Origin: Candidatus Poribacteria bacterium
GTDB taxonomy: Bacteria > Poribacteria > WGA-4E > PCPOR2b
Assembly: GCA_965116925.1 (NCBI GenBank)
Contig: OZ220744.1
Location: 3,616,001-3,680,000 of the forward strand
DNA length: 64,000 nt
Direction: 5' to 3'
Under the pieces are notes generated by a model, which made no database searches, had not been told where the DNA came from, and was given only the letters and a program-made list of their open reading frames with translations. The stretch's first letter is position 1. Each line of letters starts with the position of its first letter. Of the stretch, positions 9,489 to 16,826 are shown one piece after another. A program made the translations under genes and the position numbers.

Positions 9489-10802
9489 TTAAGCGGTCTC
9501 CTCTTCATAATACACATCTTTCAGCCGTGTTGCTATTAAAAATCCAAATACTCCCATTGCCACGGACATCAAGAATATCCCTTCGTAAGTCAGTAGCCCT
9601 ACCAGTCTGCCTGCTAACACCGGCATGAAACCACACGGAAATAGTATCGTGTTCATAAAACCGAGATAGGTCGGACGAACTTTGGGCGGTGCGATATTGA
9701 TCATATACGTCATAAAGCCGACCATCATACCGCTCATCGCTCCGCCGTTGAGGGCAAAAATTGACAGGTAGACGGGCACCCGCCAAGCCGGCGACAGGTA
9801 CTGCACAAAAACAACGATCAAGGGCGATGCCCAAGCCATTGCTGATGTGAGAATCAGGATCCACCGTTCACCATATTTCTCTGCGGCGTAGATCCATAAA
9901 AAGTTTGAGATGACACCACTGGCTGCGCTGACAGCAATGAACAGTCCAATCGTCGCTTCGGGAATTGCTAGTTTGTTCAGTGCATACGGGACGTAGAAGG
10001 GACCACACATCCCTGCGGCATGGCCGAAGATCCGAAAATACAGGAATAATCGATAATTTCGGTCTGTCCGAATAAATTGCGGTCCCTGCTTCAGATGTTG
10101 TCGAAGGGTGCGGCGTGTGGATTGGACCGGGCTAATAGGTTCACGGATTCTCAGAAAAATAGCGCACGCCATGCCAACAGAGACAGCACCACAGGCAAAC
10201 AGGATCGCGTAGTTATGTGGAAACGCTAATCCGAAATCATCGTCCAAGACATATCGGACAAAAAAACCGATGAAGAAGCTACAGATCCCGCCGGTGATGT
10301 TACGCAAACTAAAAAACCGTGCGCGCCGATGCGGTCCTATTGCCTTAGAAATAATATCCATGTACGGAATCGTCGAAACACCCATCGACGAAGAGCCGAC
10401 AAAATAAAAACAGAGAAGACAGGCAGCAAGCAGCCCGAAGTCACGAGGACCGATGAGCAGCGTGGACAGAAAAATTGCGACCCATGCGAAAGTACGGATA
10501 CCCATACCGAGCGCGTAGAAGGGCATCTTGCGGGGGCGATGTTCTAGGAGATTTGAGATAAGTAGCTGAGGCCACATCCAACCAGCAGTGCCGATTGAAC
10601 CGACCAACCCAACGAGGGTATTTGAGTTGGTGAGTCTATAAACAAAAGCGGAGAGGACAGTCGTGGAATCAGCAAAAGCGAAGGAGATGCGTATAAATGT
10701 GCCTTGAGCGACAGCTAAGAAAAAGGTGCGTTTCTGTTCTTTGGCTTTGTCTTCTCCACTCTGTGACTCTGTCTCTAGTGTATCAGTTGACGCAATTTTC
10801 AT
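9489..10802 (-). CDS. MFS transporter (paralog 1)
   Basis: About 12 hydrophobic segments; shares GWMWPQLLISNLLEH.PRKMPFY and GGAxMSGMMVGFMTYMINIAPP with its neighbour. Confidence 0.85.
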   Translation of the reverse strand: MKIASTDTLETESQSGEDKAKEQKRTFFLAVAQGTFIRISFAFADSTTVLSAFVYRLTNSNTLVGLVGSIGTAGWMWPQLLISNLLEHRPRKMPFYALGMGIRTFAWVAIFLSTLLIGPRDFGLLAACLLCFYFVGSSSMGVSTIPYMDIISKAIGPHRRARFFSLRNITGGICSFFIGFFVRYVLDDDFGLAFPHNYAILFACGAVSVGMACAIFLRIREPISPVQSTRRTLRQHLKQGPQFIRTDRNYRLFLYFRIFGHAAGMCGPFYVPYALNKLAIPEATIGLFIAVSAASGVISNFLWIYAAEKYGERWILILTSAMAWASPLIVVFVQYLSPAWRVPVYLSIFALNGGAMSGMMVGFMTYMINIAPPKVRPTYLGFMNTILFPCGFMPVLAGRLVGLLTYEGIFLMSVAMGVFGFLIATRLKDVYYEEETA

Positions 10803-10885
10803 AGTGTGTTTGATTTACCTCAAACCTCGAAATATGAAGGAAGATTTATAATGCAGAGAAACGGGGATAAGTTCCTAGTGTAAAC

Positions 10886-11166
10886 TATAGTGGATTTTAG
10901 AATTAATGAGACGCTCCAAACCGGTGCGGTTAGATGAAGATTAAAAAAACAGTTCGGTAATTTGCTAGCGACACCGGCGCGGTTGAAAACCGCGCCTACC
11001 GTGTGTTTCGAGGAAAATAGGGATTACCGATTTAAATACTTAAACTTCATGAAACCGCACCTACCGGTCCCGATAAATCAACACGATTTGGCAATTTGTC
11101 AGGGCCCTGTCAGGTCTAAACTCTGAAATGCGTAGATCCTGGTCTATTCACTTTGCGTAAGTCCTA
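10886..11166. mobile_element. Truncated MITE family C with nested element D (ATGAAG..CTTCAT, 10934-11050) and a family E right end
   Basis: TATAGTGGATTTTAGAATTAATG at 10886; the insert sits in the loop of the CGGTGCGGTT/AACCGCACCTAC REP; TGCGTAAGTCCTA at 11154-11166. Confidence 0.7.
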
Positions 11167-11357
11167 ACTACACTTTTGTCTTGTGGGTTAATCCAAAGTC
11201 AACGGGAGCCGCTGATTTTTAGGAGCGACTTTGAAACAATCCCCGTAAAATGGATGATTGTCATGGATAATCGATCTGTGATATTATACCCTATGTTAGG
11301 TCTTTTGTGCATTATGTATTATGGCACATTTCACAAAATTTGAGAAAGGAAATTACA

Positions 11358-12305
11358 ATGTCCAAACCAAAAGTCTTAATCGCACACCGCCCGGGCCCAG
11401 AAATTGAAGCCATGCTCGCAGATGCCCCATCGGAACTTGATATCCAATTCTTGCCCGAAGGCGAAAAACTCGGCGATCATGTCTCGGATGCTGAAATTGT
11501 CTACGGCACCGTCGGTGAATCAGATTTTCCTCAAGCGAAAGCGTTGCGCTGGATACAACAACCCTTTGTCGGTGTTGAATGGGCGCGGTTCCCCGCCTTC
11601 ATGGAGAGCGATGTAAGCCTCGTCAACAGCCGCGTATTGTACGGTCCCCAGATTGCCGAACACGCCTTCGCGCTCCTGCTCTCGCTGACGCGAGGCATTA
11701 TCACCCAACTCGATTTCATGAGACACAAGCACTGGGAATGGACGCCAACCATCGAAATTGCAGGCATGACCATGTGCATTCTTGGGCTTGGCGGTATCGG
11801 TCGTGCTGTCGCGGTAAGGGCGAAGGCGTTCGACTGTAAGGTGATCGCTGTCGATAAAGAACCTGTCGAAAAGCCGGATACGGTTGATGAGCTCGGTCAG
11901 ATGGACTCGCTGCTCGATTTCCTCGCCCAGACCGACATTCTGATGGTCTGCTGTCCGATTACACCGGAGACGCACAAACTGCTATCGCACGATCAGTTCA
12001 GTGCGATGCCGGAAGGCAGTTATATCGTCAATGTCAGCCGCGGCAAAGTGGTTGATGAAGATGCTATGATCGCTGCACTTGATAGTGGTAGGTTGGCGGG
12101 AGCGGGGCTGGATGTCACCTACACGGAACCGTATCCTGAAGATGGACCGCTATGGATGAGACCGAATGTGATTTTGGCGTCTCACACCGCGGGTGGATCC
12201 CAGAACATTGGCAAGCGTGCGATGGAGCTGTTTATTGAGAACCTACACCACGATGTTAAGGGTGAACCGTTGGTCAATAAAATCGACAAGGAAAAGGGGT
12301 ATTAG
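11358..12305 (+). CDS. D-2-hydroxyacid dehydrogenase
   Basis: IAEHA, GLGGIG, NVSRG, LDVTYTEP and HTAG motifs; AAAGGA RBS. Confidence 0.9.
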   Translation: MSKPKVLIAHRPGPEIEAMLADAPSELDIQFLPEGEKLGDHVSDAEIVYGTVGESDFPQAKALRWIQQPFVGVEWARFPAFMESDVSLVNSRVLYGPQIAEHAFALLLSLTRGIITQLDFMRHKHWEWTPTIEIAGMTMCILGLGGIGRAVAVRAKAFDCKVIAVDKEPVEKPDTVDELGQMDSLLDFLAQTDILMVCCPITPETHKLLSHDQFSAMPEGSYIVNVSRGKVVDEDAMIAALDSGRLAGAGLDVTYTEPYPEDGPLWMRPNVILASHTAGGSQNIGKRAMELFIENLHHDVKGEPLVNKIDKEKGY

Positions 12306-12439
12306 AGGGGTATTGGGGCAGTTGGTAGGGCTAGCAGGTTCAATTCTCGTGCCGATTTCAACGGTGGTTGATGGGGTAGGAATAGATGTGATGCGTGATG
12401 GTTTGCTGAATACCCCACCACGCATCATAAAAACTGTTT

Positions 12440-12670
12440 TTAGCCACCATTGATGGCAGAGACAATCTGTCCTGTGGTTGGGTATTCTCCCGTTTCCAAC
12501 TTGGAATAAATCAGCTTTCCGTTCAGGGAGACTTCAAAGCATCCACCACCACTGGGAACGAGGGTAAGTCCTTTAACGTCTGTTTTGAATTTGCTCAATA
12601 AATCGTCCGTCAAACTGACGGCTCTGGGCAGGTAGTTTCAAGCGGAGCAGTATTCAACGCGCAGTTCCAT
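12440..12670 (-). CDS. selW: SelW/Rdx-family selenoprotein (CxxU), in-frame TGA read as Sec
   Basis: Manual translation: MELRVEYCSA(U)NYLPRAVSLTDDLLSKFKTDVKGLTLVPSGGGCFEVSLNGKLIYSKLETGEYPTTGQIVSAINGG*. GGAGG RBS; TGA at 12640-12638. Confidence 0.88.
12607..12621 (-). promoter_or_regulatory. Putative bacterial SECIS hairpin
   Basis: CCGUCA-GUU-UGACGG stem-loop with a G-led loop, starting 16 nt after the UGA. Confidence 0.65.
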
Positions 12671-12878
12671 TGTTAGTCCTCCTAAGCGTATCAGAAGTTC
12701 CCAGAGATTCGATTCGGTATGATATTCGCTTCTCCGGGCGGGTGATTTGAGTGCTTGTTAGCACGAATTGGATTCGTATTTACTCGAACCAACTGAACTT
12801 ATCCCCAGCCTTTAGATAGCAAAGGGTTCGATTTAAGGTGAGGCTTGCTGGGTGTAAGCAACCAGAGTGGAATCGTTC

Positions 12879-13103
12879 CTAATTCTTGTTTGATATTGCT
12901 TCAAAGAATCTCTGTCGGTCATCTCGAAGGTCTTGGGCGAACTGATCGAGTCTCTTTTCAAAACTTCTTAACTCTTTAGAAAATTCGTCCATTCTCTTTT
13001 CAATGCGCTGAATGTCCCTTGATGTAGGAATACCCCTAAAGAGAATAATCAAAGCAACGCTAGCGGTGATAATTTGTGGAAGGTGCTTGATTATACTTTC
13101 CAT
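12879..13103 (-). CDS. Small protein with N-terminal TM and coiled coil (74 aa)
   Basis: GAGGAG RBS; hydrophobic IITASVALIILF followed by heptad-like IEKRMDEFSKELRSFEKRLDQF. Confidence 0.65.
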   Translation of the reverse strand: MESIIKHLPQIITASVALIILFRGIPTSRDIQRIEKRMDEFSKELRSFEKRLDQFAQDLRDDRQRFFEAISNKN

Positions 13104-13371
13104 GTTGTATCACTCCTCTTCTGTAGTGCGTCTATTGTATCATTTAGGTTTTTAAGAATCAACCAAAATTGAAAGCGTCCAATTTTGAGGAGAAGTTGTC
13201 ATACATTCATCACGCCATTGGTATATTACAGGAACCTGACCATAGGGGTGAAGGGTGCGAAGGGGCACATCTTAAATTTTACAAGAAAAACTATGAACTT
13301 CGCAAGTCTTTTTTTCGAGTGATAGAAGGGCATAATCAAAAATTGGGCATAAAGTAGGGAGTTGAAAAACA

Positions 13372-14235
13372 GTGAGATTTGGCGTTGTGACCCACGCGGT
13401 GGGACATCATCTGTCGTTTGAAAAAACTTTAGCGGCGATTAAGCGACTCGGTTTTGATTTCATCTTATTGCTAACGAGTCGGGGGGCAGAACCTGTAAAT
13501 GCGGAGGGTAGGAGTGGAAGCCCATTTCCCAACGTTCTCGATTCTGATCCTGAACATGTCCGCAAGGCGATGCGTAACGCTGGGTTAGAAATCGGCGCGC
13601 TCCATTTTTCCGGGGACATCAATATCGACAGCGATGCGGGAATCGAACCGACGGTTGCGGGGTTAAAGGAGTATGCGGCTTACGCATTGGCGTTGGAGTG
13701 CAAATACTTAACGCACCCTGTTTCGAGTTGTGGCAGGTCTAAGGTGCCTACGGTGGAAAAAGCGGCGGAGATCAAACGACTCGCTGCCTGCATGAACGCG
13801 GTGGCAGAGACCTTTATGAGCGAGGGGCTGCGAATCGGGGTTGATATTCACCATACCGCGTGGGTGGAGGGTTTGGACGATTGCCGCCTCCTGCTCGACT
13901 CGATGCCGTGTGAGAACGCTGGCATTATCCTCAACATCGGACACATGACTAGCGCAGAGGGGTACGGGTGGTTGCTTGTTGATGAGTATCCTAACCGGAT
14001 ACCGGTTGTGGGTTGGAAAGACCATAGTCTGGCAAAGGATCGGCCGCGTCCCATGTGGTCAATTGAGTTGGGGACGGGACACAGTCCATTTGAACTGTAT
14101 ATCAAGGCGTTCAAACGGAATGCGGGAGACCGCGTCCATCTGATTAATTGCGAAAATGTCCCAGACGATGAGCGTTCCGCTGTCCTGCAAAGGAGCCGCG
14201 AATACCTGACGACCCTTTGGGATACTGTTGGGTAA
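13372..14235 (+). CDS. Sugar phosphate isomerase/epimerase (AP endonuclease 2-like TIM barrel)
   Basis: NIGH, WKDH, ELGTG and NCE motifs. Confidence 0.75.
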   Translation: MRFGVVTHAVGHHLSFEKTLAAIKRLGFDFILLLTSRGAEPVNAEGRSGSPFPNVLDSDPEHVRKAMRNAGLEIGALHFSGDINIDSDAGIEPTVAGLKEYAAYALALECKYLTHPVSSCGRSKVPTVEKAAEIKRLAACMNAVAETFMSEGLRIGVDIHHTAWVEGLDDCRLLLDSMPCENAGIILNIGHMTSAEGYGWLLVDEYPNRIPVVGWKDHSLAKDRPRPMWSIELGTGHSPFELYIKAFKRNAGDRVHLINCENVPDDERSAVLQRSREYLTTLWDTVG

Positions 14236-14253
14236 AGGAGAAAGGGAAGTTCA

Positions 14254-15240
14254 ATGTTCAAGGTTGCGATTCTTGGCTATCGTGCACAGGGGTCTAATCA
14301 CCACGCGCCGTCGTTTGCCAAATTGTCCGATTGCCAGATTGTCGCTGTCTGCGACATTGTTGAGGAACGGGCGAGGGCGGGGGCAGAACGGTACGGTGTG
14401 CCAGCCTATACCAATGTGGACGAGATGCTCGACGCTGAACAGATCGACATCGTGGATATCCCTGTCAGTGAGGGGTATCGGTATGAACTTGTCATGAACT
14501 GTTTGAGGCGGGGATTGCATGTGTTCACCGAAAAGCCGTTGGCGGGAGCGGAGGGGCAGTACAGAATTCAACCCTCCGATGTACCAGTTGCCCAAGAGAT
14601 GATTGACGAATGGCGACGACACGATGTACACTTTGGTATCTGTTTTTGTCTCCACGCCTCACGCAATGTAAAGCGGGTGAAAGAGGTCATCCAGAGCGGT
14701 CAGTTGGGGCAACTTCGGCAGATCCAGGCTCGCACTGCTCTGGGATCCTGGAATCACATCATTGATATAGTGCGGTTTCTGAGCGGAGAGGTACAAGAGG
14801 TTTTTGCCTATGCCGACGGTGAGGAGATGGGAAACAAGGCGGCGTGTCTGAAGTTTGAGAGCGGTGCGGTGGGGACGTTGACAGTTTCACAGGATTTGGG
14901 GCTGCAATTTCAGATTAAGTGGATTGGTGAGTTGGGAGAGGCGACGATTGACAACATCGCGGGCACTGCGTATTGGCACCTACACGGTTCGCATGATGTG
15001 ACCCATTGGAGCGATGCACGACAGTTAGATGGGGGTACATATGGCACCCAATTCGAGGATCTAATCGCCGACTTTGTCGCTTCTATCAAGGAGCATCGAC
15101 CTTTCGTTGCAGACGGTTGGGCGGGGTTACGTCACATGGAGATTGATGCTGCAATCACGGAATCGATCAGGACCGGCAAGTCGATCCCCATTCGCCGATA
15201 CAGGTCGGATCAGGGGCGCACCATTTTAACTTTGACTTAG
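14254..15240 (+). CDS. Gfo/Idh/MocA family oxidoreductase
   Basis: KVAILG, VAVCD, HVFTEKPLA and NHIIDIVRFL motifs. Confidence 0.9.
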   Translation: MFKVAILGYRAQGSNHHAPSFAKLSDCQIVAVCDIVEERARAGAERYGVPAYTNVDEMLDAEQIDIVDIPVSEGYRYELVMNCLRRGLHVFTEKPLAGAEGQYRIQPSDVPVAQEMIDEWRRHDVHFGICFCLHASRNVKRVKEVIQSGQLGQLRQIQARTALGSWNHIIDIVRFLSGEVQEVFAYADGEEMGNKAACLKFESGAVGTLTVSQDLGLQFQIKWIGELGEATIDNIAGTAYWHLHGSHDVTHWSDARQLDGGTYGTQFEDLIADFVASIKEHRPFVADGWAGLRHMEIDAAITESIRTGKSIPIRRYRSDQGRTILTLT

Positions 15241-15281
15241 ATGACTTGGCTCAGGTGAATAGAAAGTACCAAACGCAAAGA

Positions 15282-15340
15282 GCGTGAAACGTGATGCGTG
15301 AAACGTAAAAAAACGTTGGTTCATTGGTGGATTGGTTCAT
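15282..15340. repeat. Short tandem heptamer (CGTGAAA/CGTGATG) and octamer (TTCATTGG) repeats
   Basis: The same units recur near 23146, 42020, 47803, 50755 and 62133. Confidence 0.6.
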
Positions 15341-15382
15341 TTTCTCAACGTGAGGAAACGACTTTTTGGGGAAGGAAAATTG

Positions 15383-16360
15383 ATGGAATATCGTAACTTT
15401 GGTACGGCGGGCGTTCAGGTATCGCCCATCTGTCTGGGGGTTGCCTTTCGTGGGCGACCCGATAAAGCAATCCAACGAGCAACAATCGAACACGCGATCG
15501 AGGGTGGTGTCAATTTCATTGACTGCGCGAACACCTATCAGCGTGGGGATTCTGAACGTATCCTCGGCGAGACTATTAAGGGACGGCGGGATCAGTTTGT
15601 CATTACCACCAAAGTATGCGAACCCATCAACAAGGGAACGAATGACCCAATGGGACCGAACGACCGGGGGTTATCACGTTTTCATGTCATGCGTGAGGTA
15701 GAAAAAAGTCTATCGCGCCTGCAAACAGATTACATCGATATCTATCTGCTCCATCATGTGGATCCGACGACACCGATAGAGGAGACGCTGCGAGCGTTAG
15801 ATGATCTTGTACGGCAGGGGAAGGTGCGGTATATCGGTTGCGCTAACTTTGCTGCGTGGCAGGTGTGTCAGGGATTGTGGATTAGTGACCGTCGCAACCT
15901 TGCGCCCTTTATCTGTGTGCAGAGCCATTATAATCTGCTGGATCGTTCTCCTGAACGGGAGATTATGCCTTTCTGCCGTGCGGAAGGGTTGGGGATGATG
16001 ACGTATAGTCCACTGGCTATCGGGTTGCTGACGGGACGGTTTCGGCACGGTGTAGCACCGCCGTCCGATACGCCGTGGGGACAAGGACGGTTAGGATTCG
16101 AGAAGATGATGACACCTGACGCTGATCGGGTGGTAGAAACGCTCATTCGCATTGGAACGGAACGTGGAAAAACGCCTGCCCAAGTTGCCATCGCATGGGT
16201 GCTGTCACACCCTGAGATCTCCGCAGCGATGATTGGTCCTGACAGCCCAGAACAGGTTGAGGAAAATCTAGGCGGTGTGGGTTGGGAATTGACTGTTGAT
16301 GAACGTGCTGCGTTAGACAAAGCATCGGTGTGGGCACTCGCCGGTGAGAATGTAGGTTGA
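15383..16360 (+). CDS. Aldo/keto reductase
   Basis: NFIDCANTY, SLSRLQTDYIDIYLLH, GKVRYIG, YSPLAIG and PAQVAIAW motifs. Confidence 0.95.
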   Translation: MEYRNFGTAGVQVSPICLGVAFRGRPDKAIQRATIEHAIEGGVNFIDCANTYQRGDSERILGETIKGRRDQFVITTKVCEPINKGTNDPMGPNDRGLSRFHVMREVEKSLSRLQTDYIDIYLLHHVDPTTPIEETLRALDDLVRQGKVRYIGCANFAAWQVCQGLWISDRRNLAPFICVQSHYNLLDRSPEREIMPFCRAEGLGMMTYSPLAIGLLTGRFRHGVAPPSDTPWGQGRLGFEKMMTPDADRVVETLIRIGTERGKTPAQVAIAWVLSHPEISAAMIGPDSPEQVEENLGGVGWELTVDERAALDKASVWALAGENVG

Positions 16361-16427
16361 TGTGATGGGGTAGACGATGTAGGAGGTGCGCTGCCAAGCA
16401 ACAAACGAAGGAGGCACAGAGACCACG

Positions 16428-16634
16428 ATGAGATACAAATTAAGCATTATCGCAACACCCGAACCCGAAGGGGGTTTTACCATAACTTGTAAAGAACTCC
16501 CAGAATTAATAACCGTAGGAGATTCTCTAGATGAAGCGATAGAAAACATTAAAGATGCTTTCATAGCAGTCTTTGAAATATACCAAGACACAGGTCGCAC
16601 ACTACCAGAAGGCATTAAGGTTTCAGAGACATAA
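16428..16634 (+). CDS. hicB: HicB-family antitoxin (orphan)
   Basis: EGGFTITCKELPELITVGDSLDEAIENIKDA signature; no hicA adjacent. Confidence 0.85.
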   Translation: MRYKLSIIATPEPEGGFTITCKELPELITVGDSLDEAIENIKDAFIAVFEIYQDTGRTLPEGIKVSET

Positions 16635-16685
16635 TGTCCATAAATATATCTACTGATTCCATAAGTTTCTGTGTCGGATTTTAGA

Positions 16686-16714
16686 TTGATCTTGGACACA
16701 TTTTAAGGTATACT
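16686..16714 (+). promoter_or_regulatory. sigma70-type promoter upstream of purL
   Basis: TTGATC-N17-TATACT. Confidence 0.55.
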
Positions 16715-16766
16715 ACTCATGCAAGCAAAATAGTTTTGATAAACTGGTTGTTTTTACTACGCTTTT

Positions 16767-16789
16767 ACCCCGGCTGCCGGGGTTTTTTT
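16767..16789 (+). terminator. Intrinsic terminator-like hairpin in the purL leader
   Basis: ACCCCGG-CTG-CCGGGGT followed by a T run. Confidence 0.65.
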
Positions 16790-16826
16790 ATTCTGTTTTT
16801 CTAATTACACCCCATTGAGGTATCCG

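Noticed and set aside
12307..12355. tRNA-like fragment (GGGGTATTGGGGCAGTTGGTAGGGC..GCAGGTTCAATTCTCG)
   Set aside because: It has D-loop and T-loop-like words, but the stems do not pair and there is no anticodon arm; at most a degenerate remnant.
13169..13357. 62-aa ORF with TTG start
   Set aside because: No RBS or recognisable motif; probably promoter DNA of the downstream operon.
15332..15382. Longer ORF-track starts (e.g. 15332, 11307, 24080, 36184, 57064)
   Set aside because: Downstream ATGs have clear RBSs and match family N-termini; the extensions run through repeats or promoter DNA.
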